In this document: piece by piece, positions 25,194 through 35,084 of the stretch
Position numbering within the stretch: position 1 is the first letter of the stretch
Layout of the letters: every line of letters begins with the position of its first letter
From: an uncultured Planctomycetales bacterium
GTDB taxonomy: Bacteria; Omnitrophota; Gorgyraeia; Aquiviventales; Aquiviventaceae
Direction of reading: 5' to 3'
DNA length: 55,205 bases
Assembly (NCBI GenBank): GCA_964373835.1
Contig: CAYJWN010000003.1
Coordinates: 1 to 55,205 of the forward strand
Made by a program: the position numbers and the translations under genes
The notes under the pieces: model-generated
What the model was told of the DNA's origin: nothing
The model's database searches: none
Seen by the model: the letters and a program-made list of their open reading frames with translations, nothing else

Positions 25194-26402
25194 ATGGCAG
25201 CATCGACCTTACTCACACGGGAGAAGGCGGCGTATGCGAAGGTGACGCCGCCGTGCCCGTATTTCGGGACGTGCGGCGGCTGTGCGATCCAGGACCTCGC
25301 CTACGAGGATCAACTGGCGCTCAAGCGCGAACGGCTCCGCCGCGCATTCGCGTCGCTGCCGGAGGCTCCGGCCATTGAGGTGATCGGCTTGGATGATCCG
25401 TGGCGGTATCGCAATAAGGCGGAACTCACCTTTGGCGAAACCGGCGGCCAGTTGACGCTGGGATTTCACGCGGCACGCTCATTCTGGCGCGTCGTGGATC
25501 TCGAGGATTGTCTGCTGTTGCCGGACCCGCTGGTTCCGATCCTCCGTGATCTTCGCGCGCTGGCGGCTGCGTCCGGCCTTCCGGCCTATCGGCCCCGCAC
25601 GCACCAGGGATTCTTCCGGTACGTGCTCGCGCGGCACAGCCGCGCCACGCAACAGGTGCTCCTCTGCGTGATGACTGCTGCAGGATCCCGCGACGTGGTC
25701 GAACGGTTGGCTCGCGATCTGACCGCCCGTCATCCCGGCATCAGCAGTGTGTTCTGGGGAGTCACCGACAAGCTCGCCGATATTGCGGTGCCGGAGACGC
25801 TCGTCCATCTAGAGGGAGCGGAGTCCCTCGAGGATCAGATCGGCCCGTTTCGTCTGCGCGTGCATCCGCTCAGCTTCCTTCAGTCGGAGAGCCGGCAGGC
25901 GGATCGGATGTACAGGGCGCTCCGCCGCGCCGTCAGCGAGCCATCAGGCGGGATCGCGTGGGATCTCTACTGCGGGATCGGGCTGGCGGGATTCTATCTC
26001 TCGAAGCAGTTCCGGAAGATCTACGGGATCGACAGCGAGCCCCACCACCTTGAGCTCGCCCGGCTCAACGCGTCACTCAATGGGGTGGACAACATCGAGT
26101 TTCGGCAGGGCCGCGTGGAGGCGCTGCTTGCGGACCGGCGGTTCTGGCTCCAAGAGGCGGCGCCCGATGTGATCGTCGTAGACCCGCCGCGCGCGGGGCT
26201 GCATCCGCAGGCGCTCTCCTCGCTGCTGGCCGCTCGGCCCAGGATGATCGCCTACGTGTCGTGCAATGTGCAGACGCTCGTTCGGGATCTTGCGGTCCTC
26301 GTCTCGAGCTTTCCTCGGTACCGCCTCTCCACCGCGCAGGCCTTCGACATGTTTCCCCAGACGAATCACGTCGAAGCGCTGGTCATCCTTCAACGACGCT
26401 AA
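25194..26402 (+). CDS. rlmD: 23S rRNA (uracil-5)-methyltransferase, RlmD/RumA family
   Basis: Fe-S cluster cysteines CPYFGTCGGCAIQDL, SAM fold DLYCGIGLAG, VVDPPRAG, catalytic YVSCN. ATG 25194 lies after the repeat; the ORF opens at TTG 25179. Confidence 0.8.
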   Translation: MAASTLLTREKAAYAKVTPPCPYFGTCGGCAIQDLAYEDQLALKRERLRRAFASLPEAPAIEVIGLDDPWRYRNKAELTFGETGGQLTLGFHAARSFWRVVDLEDCLLLPDPLVPILRDLRALAAASGLPAYRPRTHQGFFRYVLARHSRATQQVLLCVMTAAGSRDVVERLARDLTARHPGISSVFWGVTDKLADIAVPETLVHLEGAESLEDQIGPFRLRVHPLSFLQSESRQADRMYRALRRAVSEPSGGIAWDLYCGIGLAGFYLSKQFRKIYGIDSEPHHLELARLNASLNGVDNIEFRQGRVEALLADRRFWLQEAAPDVIVVDPPRAGLHPQALSSLLAARPRMIAYVSCNVQTLVRDLAVLVSSFPRYRLSTAQAFDMFPQTNHVEALVILQRR

Positions 26403-26410
26403 CCCATCCT

Positions 26411-27202
26411 TCATCGGCGCCGTCGCAAGATCCGCAGCATCTGGTCGTGAATGAGACCGTTGGTCGCCAGCAGTTGGCCCGTGTTCAGGTTGGGTGGGCC
26501 GCCGTCAAGGTTGCTGATACGACCCCCCGCTTCTTCCACGAGCAGCATGCCTGCCGCCATATCCCACGGCCAGAGGTCCCGCTCGTAGAACCCTTCCAAT
26601 CTGCCGGCGGCGATGGCGGCGAGGCAGAACACGGTTGAGCCGATGCGCCGCACCCCATGCGACCGGCACTGAAAGTCCTGGAACCATCCCAGGTACGGCT
26701 GCGGGCGCTTCCTGAAGTTGAAGGCAAACCCTGTGGCGAGGAGGCTCAGGGCAAGCCGTCGCGTCCGGGAGACCTTGATCCGCGTGCCGTTGAGGAAAGC
26801 ACCCCCGCCCCGCGCGGCGGCGAAGAGCTCCCGCCGCATCGGATCGTAGATCACTCCGACAACCATCCTGCCGCGATGCTCCAGCGCGATGGAGACCCCG
26901 AAAATCGGCAGGCCATGGACGAAGTTGTTGGTGCCGTCAATCGGGTCCACGATCCAGCGGTAGAGCGAGCGTTGGTGCTCCTGCCCGTGTTCTTCGCCGA
27001 GGAAGTCGAAGTCAGGGTGCGCCCGGTGCAGGATGGCGTAGATGAGCCGCTCGGCGGCCCGGTCGACTTCAGTGACCAGGTCAATCATGCTGCGCTTGGT
27101 CTCGACCGTCTTCGGCTTTCCCGCATAGCGGACGAGCAGGCTGCCGGCTTCGCGTGCTGCGCGGGACGCCACACGGACGTAGGCGTTCAATGAAGCAGCC
27201 AT
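26411..27202 (-). CDS. suhB: Inositol monophosphatase family protein (SuhB-like)
   Basis: FLGEE, WIVDPIDGTNNFVHG, WDMAAG. Confidence 0.85.
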   Translation of the reverse strand: MAASLNAYVRVASRAAREAGSLLVRYAGKPKTVETKRSMIDLVTEVDRAAERLIYAILHRAHPDFDFLGEEHGQEHQRSLYRWIVDPIDGTNNFVHGLPIFGVSIALEHRGRMVVGVIYDPMRRELFAAARGGGAFLNGTRIKVSRTRRLALSLLATGFAFNFRKRPQPYLGWFQDFQCRSHGVRRIGSTVFCLAAIAAGRLEGFYERDLWPWDMAAGMLLVEEAGGRISNLDGGPPNLNTGQLLATNGLIHDQMLRILRRRR

Positions 27203-27322
27203 GTCGACGCTACATTATAAACCAATGTGCAGGAGATTGTCGTTGCAGTTGTGAGGAAATCGTGGTATCTGAGAAAGGGCATTGCGGTCAGAGGCAGGAG
27301 GCTTGAGCGCAGAGGAGGACGT

Positions 27323-27763
27323 ATGCGGACCTCACACGTGCGGGGAACCTATAAGCGACGTCGATTGATCGTCAATCCGGTTTTCCAGTACCGGTTCGTC
27401 GGCGTGATGCTCCTGGTGCTGCTCCTCTTGACGGCCGGCGCCCTCGCCAGCGTCTACCTGGCGCTCTGGGTCACGCTCCGGACATTCGATGTGGCGCAGG
27501 AGCCGTTGGCAGTAGCCCAACTGAGCACGGTGGGGCTGCTCGTGACGGTGCAGCTCCTGGTCTTGGCGCCCGCGGTCATTTGGATCGGCATCCGTCTGAC
27601 GCACAAAGTGGTGGGGCCCCTGGCGCGCATCAACGCGGCGCTCCAACAGATGGCGCGGGGCGACTTCAACGTTCGTCTGAAACTGCGCAAGGGCGATTCC
27701 CTCATCGAGGTGGCGGATGCCATCAATGCTCTTGCCGAGGCCCTGCGGTCACGCGGGCCGTGA
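27323..27763 (+). CDS. Small membrane protein: two TM helices plus HAMP-like domain, no output domain
   Basis: SD agaggagga before ATG 27323. RRRLIVNPVFQYRF, two TM segments, then THKVVGPLARINAALQQMARGDFNVRLKLRKGDSLIEVADAINAL. Paralog at 28319. Confidence 0.6.
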   Translation: MRTSHVRGTYKRRRLIVNPVFQYRFVGVMLLVLLLLTAGALASVYLALWVTLRTFDVAQEPLAVAQLSTVGLLVTVQLLVLAPAVIWIGIRLTHKVVGPLARINAALQQMARGDFNVRLKLRKGDSLIEVADAINALAEALRSRGP

Positions 27764-27788
27764 TGCCCTCCACCCGCGGCGCCTGGTC

Positions 27789-28289
27789 GTGAAGCGGGGG
27801 TTGGTGGCTTCGCGCGCACCCTTTGCTCCGAGCGTCGATCATGGCCGCACTCGCGGTTTCACCCTCGTCGAGATCCTGGTCGTTGTCGCCATTCTCTCGA
27901 TGCTGGCGGGGGTAGCGGTCCATCAGCTCCTGCGGGCGCGGATCACCATCCATGAGCACCTGGCATTAAATTCGCTGCGGCTCATTGCCAAGTCATGCCA
28001 CTTCTTCTATCTGATGCGCCAGGAGTTTCCCAGCGACCTGACCGAGCTGGGTCCTCCCACGTCGGATCCCCCCTTCCTTGAATCGGCCCTCCTGCAGGGG
28101 AGCCCGCCGGCGAAGCAAGGCTACGTCTTCGAGTACCTGCGGCCGACGATGTCCACATTTACCTTGCGAGCCAATCCGCAGATGCATGGAGTGACGGGCG
28201 AGCGCCATTTTTTCGTTGACCAAGACCTCGTCATCCACGCGACGACTGCGGACCAGGACGCGACGGCCGCCGATCCGCCCATCTCATGA
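27789..28289 (+). CDS. Prepilin-type N-terminal cleavage/methylation domain protein (pseudopilin-like)
   Basis: Class III signal G-FTLVEILVVVAILSMLAGVAV. Start uncertain: GTG 27789, TTG 27801 or GTG 27804; the ORF opens at 27717. Confidence 0.6.
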   Translation: MKRGLVASRAPFAPSVDHGRTRGFTLVEILVVVAILSMLAGVAVHQLLRARITIHEHLALNSLRLIAKSCHFFYLMRQEFPSDLTELGPPTSDPPFLESALLQGSPPAKQGYVFEYLRPTMSTFTLRANPQMHGVTGERHFFVDQDLVIHATTADQDATAADPPIS

Positions 28290-28318
28290 CGCCTAGCGGA
28301 CGAAAGGAGGAACCGCGC

Positions 28319-28759
28319 ATGGCGGCGTCACGCAAGCCGCCGTGCCGCCGCAGGCAATGGGTCGTGAATCGGCCGCTCCAGTTTCGGTTCGTGAAGGTGA
28401 TGGTGCTTGTGCTCGGCGGGACGGCGGCTGGCGCGCTGGGAGCCGTGTATGTGGCGGTGCGGCTGACGCTCTCATCGTTTGACCTCGCGCGCGATCCGGT
28501 CATTATGTCGCTCTTAGCCAGCATTTGCTGGACGATTGTCCTGGAGCTCGTCATCATGACCCCGATCGTCGTGTGGCTCGGCATCCGGCTGACCCACCGG
28601 GTGGCAGGGCCGCTGGTCAGGATCCGCGCGGCGCTCGCCAAGCTTGCAGCTGGAGATTACAACGTTCGGATCCAACTGCGCAAAGGGGATGAGCTGGTCG
28701 AGTTCGCCGACATGATGAACACCCTTGCCGCCTCACTACGCGCCAGGCGCAGACCGTAG
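28319..28759 (+). CDS. Small membrane protein with HAMP-like domain (paralog of 27323-27763)
   Basis: SD aaaggagga before ATG 28319. RRRQWVVNRPLQFRF, two TM segments, THRVAGPLVRIRAALAKLAAGDYNVRIQLRKGDELVEFADMMNTL. Confidence 0.6.
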   Translation: MAASRKPPCRRRQWVVNRPLQFRFVKVMVLVLGGTAAGALGAVYVAVRLTLSSFDLARDPVIMSLLASICWTIVLELVIMTPIVVWLGIRLTHRVAGPLVRIRAALAKLAAGDYNVRIQLRKGDELVEFADMMNTLAASLRARRRP

Positions 28760-28847
28760 CAGTGCCTTCACTCCCGTCGCTCGCTTCGCCCTCCCGCTTA
28801 ATTTCGCGTAACGGCGCGTAAGGTCCTTCAGGTATACTTGTGCAGGG

Positions 28848-30332
28848 ATGATTCTCTCGATCGACCAGGGCACGACAGGAACCACGGCGCTGATTATTGA
28901 CCGCCGGGGTCGTGTCATCTCCCACGCCTATGCCGAGCTCCCCCAACACTATCCGCACCCGGGGTGGGTGGAGCACGACCCTCACGAGATCCTTCGAGTC
29001 ACGTATGCGGTGATGAGGCACGCCTTGAAGGCCGGGCGCATTCCCGCCGCGCGCATCCTGGCCGTCGGGATCACCAACCAGCGGGAGACCACGATTCTCT
29101 GGGATCGACGCACGGGGAGGCCCGCGGCCAACGCGATCGTCTGGCAGTGCCGCCGGACAGCCCCCCTGTGTGATCGGTTGAAGGCCTCCGGTCATGGACG
29201 CGCGTTTCGCCGCAAGACCGGCCTCGTGCTGGATGCCTACTTTTCCGGAACCAAAATCCGATGGCTGTTGGATCATGTGCCCGGCGTGCGCCGGCGGGCC
29301 CAGCAAGGAGCGTTGGCGTTCGGAACGGTGGATAGCTGGCTCATCTGGAACCTGACAGGGGGGAAGACCCACGCGACCGATTTCACCAACGCCTCCCGCA
29401 CGCTCCTCTACAACATTCGGACGCATCGATGGGACCACGCGCTGTTGCAGGTGATGGGTGTGCCCGCGTCGCTGTTGCCCGAGGTGCGGCCGCCGAGCGG
29501 ATCGTTTGGCGTCACGAAGGGCAAGAGTCCGCTCCCCGACGGCATTCCGATTCTGGGCGTCGCCGGAGACCAGCAGGCCTCCATGGTCGGCCACGGCTGC
29601 CTGGCCCCCGGCGCCGCGAAGAACACGTACGGCACCGGATGTTTCTTGCTGCTGCACACAGGCTCTCGGCTCGTCGAAAGCCGGCATGGTTTACTGACGA
29701 CGCTGGTCTATGGGGGAAGCCGGAAGCCCGCGTACGCCTTAGAGGGGAGCGTGTTTATCGCGGGGGCCGCCATCCAGTGGCTGCGCGATGAGCTCAAGCT
29801 GATTCACGCGGCTGCCGACACCGAAGCGATCGCGCGACGCCTCAAGGACACCGGCGGCGTCTATGTGGTGCCGGCCTTCGTCGGTCTTGGGGCGCCGTAT
29901 TGGGATATGCAGGCTCGGGGGGCCGTCATCGGCCTGACGCGGGGTTCCAATCGGGAGATCGTGGTCCGGGCCACGTTGGAGTCGCTCGCCTACCAGACGC
30001 GCGACGTCGTCGAGGCGATGGCGCAAGACAGCCGCATCCGGCTGCGCCGGCTGCAGGTCGACGGGGGTGCTGCGCGCAATGACTGGCTCATGCAGTTTCA
30101 GGCCGACATCTTAGGCATCCCTGTCGTGCGACCCGCCATGATCGCCAACACCGGCAAGGGCGTAGCACTTCTGGCCGGCATGGGTCTGGGGTGGTGGACG
30201 CCGCAGGATCTCTCACGATTGGTGGGACAGCCGGAGCGGGTGTTTACGCCGCGCATGTCGGCCGCCGAACGCGCCCGCCGCTACGAAGGATGGCAGGAGG
30301 CGGTGGCTCGGGTGAGGACGACGGCGGGATGA
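28848..30332 (+). CDS. glpK: Glycerol kinase
   Basis: ILSIDQGTTGTTALI, GITNQRETT, FGTVDSWLIWNLTGG. Confidence 0.95.
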   Translation: MILSIDQGTTGTTALIIDRRGRVISHAYAELPQHYPHPGWVEHDPHEILRVTYAVMRHALKAGRIPAARILAVGITNQRETTILWDRRTGRPAANAIVWQCRRTAPLCDRLKASGHGRAFRRKTGLVLDAYFSGTKIRWLLDHVPGVRRRAQQGALAFGTVDSWLIWNLTGGKTHATDFTNASRTLLYNIRTHRWDHALLQVMGVPASLLPEVRPPSGSFGVTKGKSPLPDGIPILGVAGDQQASMVGHGCLAPGAAKNTYGTGCFLLLHTGSRLVESRHGLLTTLVYGGSRKPAYALEGSVFIAGAAIQWLRDELKLIHAAADTEAIARRLKDTGGVYVVPAFVGLGAPYWDMQARGAVIGLTRGSNREIVVRATLESLAYQTRDVVEAMAQDSRIRLRRLQVDGGAARNDWLMQFQADILGIPVVRPAMIANTGKGVALLAGMGLGWWTPQDLSRLVGQPERVFTPRMSAAERARRYEGWQEAVARVRTTAG

Positions 30333-31978
30333 TCTCAACGTTGCGCGCGCAACAGCTCGCCCTCCTGGCGGGGGGTCCGTTTGATCTCCTGATCATCGGC
30401 GGGGGGATCGTCGGGGCAGGCATCGCGCGGGATGCCGCGATGCGCGGCCTGAAAGTCGCGCTCGTGGAGCAGGGCGATTTCGCCGGCGGCACGAGCTCCA
30501 AGACCTCCAAGCTCATTCACGGGGGTCTGCGGTATTTGGAGCATGGGCGTCTGCGTCTCGTGTTCGAAAGCCTGCGCGAGCGCCGCGTCTTGAGAACGAT
30601 CGCGCCGGAGCTCGTCCATCCGCGTTCCCTCATGATTCCGGTGTATCAGGGCAGCGCGCGGCCCGCATGGACAGTGCGCCTCGGCCTTTCGCTGTACGAC
30701 CTCCTGGCGTGCGGGCGCAACATGCGCCCGCACCGGATGGTGTCCATGCGCGGGGCGCTGGCGCTGGAGTCCGAGTTGCGCCGTGATGGATTGCGGGCGG
30801 CGGGGGTGTTTCAAGACTGTCAGATGGACGATGCGCGCCTGTGCCTGGCGAACATCCTGCAGGCGGTCCACTTCGGCGCGGTGTGCTGCAATTATGTGAG
30901 ACTCCAGGCGCTGTTGAAGAGCGGCGGACGCGCCTGCGGCGGAGCGGTGGAGGATCTCATCACCGGCCGCTCCCTCGACGTGCAGGCGCGGGTGGTGGTC
31001 AACGCCACCGGCCCGTGGGCCGATCGCGTCCGACAACTCAGTGACGCCTCCGCCGCGCAGCGGTTGGCTCCTACGAAAGGCAGCCATCTCATTGTCCCCC
31101 GTCTGACACAGCAGGCGCTTTTCGTTGAAGCGCGCCAAGACCGGCGGATGTTCTTCATCCTTCCCTGGGGCGACTATTCGCTGGTCGGAACGACCGAATG
31201 GTTGGTGGATGGTGCGTTGGATGCGCTGCGCGCCACGTCGGATGAGGTCGGATACCTCTTAGAAGAGGTCCATCACGTCTTGCCGGGTCGCCGTCTCACC
31301 GAGGACGACGTGATTGCCACCTACGCCGGGGCGCGCCCCCTGTTGGCCTATGCCGGCGCGTCGAGCCGGGCGTCGCGCGAACACCGCATCGAGGTGGATC
31401 CTGCGGGCCTCGTCAGCGTCATGGGAGGCAAGTACACGACCTACCGTGTGATGGCGCAGCAGACCGTTGACCTGCTGATGCGCCGGCACCGATGGACGGG
31501 GGATCGGTGCCTCACGGATCAGGTGAGTGTGCTGGAATCCGTTCACCCGATCACGTTGGATCACTGGCAGGACGTGACGCGCATGATTGGCCCGGATCTT
31601 CTGGCGCGGCTGCTGACCCGCTACGGGACGTCGGCCACGCACATGCTGCAGCTCATCGCTCATGAGCCGGCTCTGGGCCGGCGCGTGTGCCTGCATCATG
31701 AGGACACCGCGGCCGAGCTCGTCCATGCGTTTCAGCAGGAGCTGGCCTGTACCGTCACGGATGTCCTGGCTCGCCGCACGCGGATCGCGTGGAGCTCATG
31801 CCAAGGGTTGGACCTGCTCTCCATGGTTGCCGATCTCTTTCAACGCTATGGCGGCCTCACCCAGCAGCAGGTGGCGGAGCAGATGGCGGCCTATCATCAA
31901 TTTCTCGCCGCGAGCTTAGCCTTCCGCCCCTCAGTAGCCGGCTCGCGGCGCTGGGCCGGCGCAGGGGAGACTGAGTAA
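30329..31978 (+). CDS. glpD: FAD-dependent glycerol-3-phosphate dehydrogenase
   Basis: Rossmann DLLIIGGGIVGAGIARDAAMRG. ATG 30329 overlaps the glpK stop (ATGA). Confidence 0.9.
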   Translation: MISTLRAQQLALLAGGPFDLLIIGGGIVGAGIARDAAMRGLKVALVEQGDFAGGTSSKTSKLIHGGLRYLEHGRLRLVFESLRERRVLRTIAPELVHPRSLMIPVYQGSARPAWTVRLGLSLYDLLACGRNMRPHRMVSMRGALALESELRRDGLRAAGVFQDCQMDDARLCLANILQAVHFGAVCCNYVRLQALLKSGGRACGGAVEDLITGRSLDVQARVVVNATGPWADRVRQLSDASAAQRLAPTKGSHLIVPRLTQQALFVEARQDRRMFFILPWGDYSLVGTTEWLVDGALDALRATSDEVGYLLEEVHHVLPGRRLTEDDVIATYAGARPLLAYAGASSRASREHRIEVDPAGLVSVMGGKYTTYRVMAQQTVDLLMRRHRWTGDRCLTDQVSVLESVHPITLDHWQDVTRMIGPDLLARLLTRYGTSATHMLQLIAHEPALGRRVCLHHEDTAAELVHAFQQELACTVTDVLARRTRIAWSSCQGLDLLSMVADLFQRYGGLTQQQVAEQMAAYHQFLAASLAFRPSVAGSRRWAGAGETE

Positions 31979-31994
31979 TGTTCGCTGCGGTTCC

Positions 31995-33116
31995 ATGAGT
32001 ATTCTGGTTGTGCAGAATCCGGAAGAGGCGCGGCGGTATGCGCGCATCCGCTACCGGCTGCTGCTCATCGACCTGGCCGTCTCGCTGCTGGCGCTGGCCG
32101 CCATGCAGGCGACGGGTGCCTCGCTCGCCGCGGCGCGCTGGTGGCGCGCACGGGTCGCCAGCGAACCGCTGGTGGTGCTGGGCTATCTCGCCGTCTTCGG
32201 CGCCGTCTTCTACCTCGTGATGCTGCCGCTGCATGTGTACAGCAGCTTCGTGCTCGAGCACCGGTTTGGTCTTTCTCGCATGACGCTGAAGGGCTGGGCG
32301 ATCCGCGAAGCGAAGCAGATCGGCGTCAGCGCCGTGCTGGGTGCGCTGCTCATCGAAGGGCTCTACGCGCTGCTACGTCTCGCGCCGGCCCACTGGCCGG
32401 TCTGGGCGACGGTTGGATGGGTGGCCTTCAGCGTCGTGTTGGCGCGCGCATTCCCGACGGTGCTCCTGCCGATCTTTTACAAGACGACGCCGCTGCAGGA
32501 TGATCCGCTCGTGAACCGGTTGCTGGCTCTGTGTCAGCGCGCGGGCCTGTCCGCTCTAGGCGTCTTTCGGTTCAACCTGGGCGCGGAGACGCGGAAAGCC
32601 AATGCCGCGCTGGCGGGCCTGGGCAAGACTCGACGGGTGCTGTTATCCGATACGCTCCTTGAAGCGTTTACCCCAGAGGAGATCGAGGGCGTGTTGGCCC
32701 ACGAACTGGCGCACCACCGCTACCGCCACATCACCAAGCTGTTGATCATCAGCGCCGTCGGATCGTGGATCGCGTTCCTGCTCACCGATGCGGTGGGGCA
32801 GCGATGGGTGGAGCGGCTGGCGCTTGGCGGCCTGTCGGATGTCGCGGGCTTTCCGATGCTGATGCTGTGGCTGTCCCTGCTGGGGCTGATCGGGCTGCCG
32901 CTGCAGAATGGCCTCTCGCGCTATTTCGAATGGCAGGCGGATCGCTTTGCGGTCGCGACCACGACGCTGCCGAGAGCGTTTGCCGATGCCCTGCGCCGGC
33001 TGGCGTCCCTCAACCTCGCCGATCCCCACCCGCCGCGATGGGTGGTGTGGCTGTTCTACGACCATCCGCCGATCGTCGAGCGGATCAACGCGGCGGAGCG
33101 GGCAGCCGCGAACTGA
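31995..33116 (+). CDS. M48 family zinc metallopeptidase (Ste24/HtpX-like)
   Basis: Multi-TM N-terminal half and HELAHHRYRH (HExxH) in the C-terminal half. Confidence 0.8.
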   Translation: MSILVVQNPEEARRYARIRYRLLLIDLAVSLLALAAMQATGASLAAARWWRARVASEPLVVLGYLAVFGAVFYLVMLPLHVYSSFVLEHRFGLSRMTLKGWAIREAKQIGVSAVLGALLIEGLYALLRLAPAHWPVWATVGWVAFSVVLARAFPTVLLPIFYKTTPLQDDPLVNRLLALCQRAGLSALGVFRFNLGAETRKANAALAGLGKTRRVLLSDTLLEAFTPEEIEGVLAHELAHHRYRHITKLLIISAVGSWIAFLLTDAVGQRWVERLALGGLSDVAGFPMLMLWLSLLGLIGLPLQNGLSRYFEWQADRFAVATTTLPRAFADALRRLASLNLADPHPPRWVVWLFYDHPPIVERINAAERAAAN

Positions 33117-33128
33117 TTTCGAGGAACC

Positions 33129-33725
33129 ATGGACGAGCCTTCGGTGTCTCATCAGGAAGAACCCGCACTCATCGAGCGGGCCCGCAACGGGGACGCGGAG
33201 GCGCTGGACCACCTCATCCGGCGGCACCAGCAGCAGGTCTTCGCGGTGGCGCTGCGGATGCTCGGCGACCGTGATGAGGCGCAGGATGTCGCGCAGGACG
33301 TGTTCGTGCGGGCGTACCAGGGGCTGGGCGGATTCCGGCAGGAGGCGAAGTTGTCCACGTGGCTGATTGCCATTACGATGAACCTCTGCCGCAATCGGCG
33401 CCGCTGGTGGGCCCGTCGGCGCCGCGTCATTGTCGCGTCGCTGGATGAGCCTCTTGAGCACGGGGAGGGGACGCTGGGCCACCAGGTGGAGGATCCGGCT
33501 CCGCGGCCGTCGGCGGTCGCCCAGTCGCGCGAGCGGCAACAGCAATTGGCGGCTGCGCTGGCGCAGCTGGATGAGCCCTCCCGCGCGGTCGTGGTCTTGC
33601 GCGATGTGCAGGGCTACGCCTATGAAGAGATCGCTCAGGTGTTGGAGATCCCGGTTGGGACGGTGCGATCCCGGCTCAGCCGGGCGAGGCTCCAATTGCG
33701 GGCGCTGCTGGACGGGAAGCTATGA
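33129..33725 (+). CDS. ECF-type RNA polymerase sigma factor
   Basis: Region 2 DVAQDVFVRAY...STWLIAITMNLCRN and region 4 YEEIAQVLEIPVGTVRSRLSRAR. Confidence 0.9.
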   Translation: MDEPSVSHQEEPALIERARNGDAEALDHLIRRHQQQVFAVALRMLGDRDEAQDVAQDVFVRAYQGLGGFRQEAKLSTWLIAITMNLCRNRRRWWARRRRVIVASLDEPLEHGEGTLGHQVEDPAPRPSAVAQSRERQQQLAAALAQLDEPSRAVVVLRDVQGYAYEEIAQVLEIPVGTVRSRLSRARLQLRALLDGKL

Positions 33726-34966
33726 TGACGTGCACGGACTATCGGCACTGGTTGTCTCCATACATCGACGGGCTGCTCACGCCGCCGCAGCGGGCTGAGC
33801 TTGAGGCGCACCTTCAGCCGTGCGCGGGCTGCCGTCAGGAGCTGGCCTCGCTGCAGCAGATGCTGCGCGCCCTGCACACGATGGAGGCACCTGAGGCGCC
33901 GGACCTCATCGCCGGCGTGCATGCCAAGCTGCATCGCCAGCCCTGGTGGCAGCGCATGCCGGCGGTGCTGCCGGTGACGGCCCCGTGGCGCGGGGCGGCG
34001 CTCGCCGCCACGGCGCTGCTGGTCGTCGCGGTGGTCGGTCTTCCACGCATGCTCCAGCGAGGGAAAGCGGACGTGTCGTCTCTCCAGGTTGCCTCGGCAC
34101 CGGCGGGTTCTTTCGATCGGGTCGCACGCAAGCAAAAGGACGTGGCGCTCGATGAGCGTCGGGCGACGAACGTGTTCCTCCAGCGCGTTGAGGAAACTGA
34201 CCGACTAGAACGCGATGACAAGCCCATGCAGCTCGCCAAGGAAGGCGTCCCTCCTGCCCGTGAGGATCGCGTGGCGGACGCCAAACCATCGGTCGCTGCC
34301 ACCCGCGCTGCGACAGCCCACGCTCTTGGTGGGGGAGGGCTGGCCGGCGAGTCGGCTCAGAACGTCGGCGCGCTCACGGTCGCGGCGGCGCCCGCCGGAG
34401 AGCCTGCCGTATCGCAGCCCGTCACACGAGCCGATGTCCCGACGCTGATTCAGGTGCAATGGCGCGTTCCGGACTTTGGCCAGGCGGCCGCCCAGGTAAG
34501 CCAATGGGTGAGCGCCCAGGGCGGATTTGCCGTCGCGACGAATGAGCGCCATCTCTCCATCAAACTGCCCGCCGCAGCGGTGCCGGCGTTTCTCCAGCAG
34601 TTTTCAAGTGGTCCATCTGGAGAGCTGCCCACCGAACCCTACTCACCGTGGGTCAACATTTCACTCGACCTCATGTCTGTGCAGCCGGTCGATCCTGCAC
34701 CGCAGGCAGGTGCCGAGCAGTTGCTTGTGTCCGCGGAGGATCAGGCATGCGACGCCGATGCCGACTGCACGGATATCCAGACCACGTGCAACGGCTGCGC
34801 GTGCAACGAGCCGGTGAACGTCATCCATAAGGCGGCCTACGTCAAACGCCTCCATGCGTTGTGCGCGGACTTTCACGAGCCGATGTGCGACTACTACTGC
34901 CGGACGCCCTACGTCCGGTGCCTCGATCACCAGTGCACCATGAGCGCCTCGCCACCCACTCCGTAA
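33722..34966 (+). CDS. Anti-sigma factor (zf-HC2) with TM segment and Cys-rich extracytoplasmic C-terminus
   Basis: ATGA overlap with the sigma gene. CTDYRHWLSPYIDG...HLQPCAGC. TM AALAATALLVVAVVGL. C-terminal 70 aa carry 12 Cys. Confidence 0.7.
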   Translation: MMTCTDYRHWLSPYIDGLLTPPQRAELEAHLQPCAGCRQELASLQQMLRALHTMEAPEAPDLIAGVHAKLHRQPWWQRMPAVLPVTAPWRGAALAATALLVVAVVGLPRMLQRGKADVSSLQVASAPAGSFDRVARKQKDVALDERRATNVFLQRVEETDRLERDDKPMQLAKEGVPPAREDRVADAKPSVAATRAATAHALGGGGLAGESAQNVGALTVAAAPAGEPAVSQPVTRADVPTLIQVQWRVPDFGQAAAQVSQWVSAQGGFAVATNERHLSIKLPAAAVPAFLQQFSSGPSGELPTEPYSPWVNISLDLMSVQPVDPAPQAGAEQLLVSAEDQACDADADCTDIQTTCNGCACNEPVNVIHKAAYVKRLHALCADFHEPMCDYYCRTPYVRCLDHQCTMSASPPTP

Positions 34967-35084
34967 CTCCTCCCGAACCCGCACGGCCAGATCGCCAGGA
35001 CTGCTCCGGGAACTTTTTCTGACCTCCGGTGTCTCATTGGGCAACGGTGGACTGCCATGGGACATCAACGCAAAGGAGGAGACG

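Noticed and set aside
28617-33695. Long - strand ORFs (28617-29687, 30335-31138, 32643-33695)
   Set aside because: They are antisense to glpK, glpD, the M48 peptidase and the sigma factor, all of which have diagnostic motifs.
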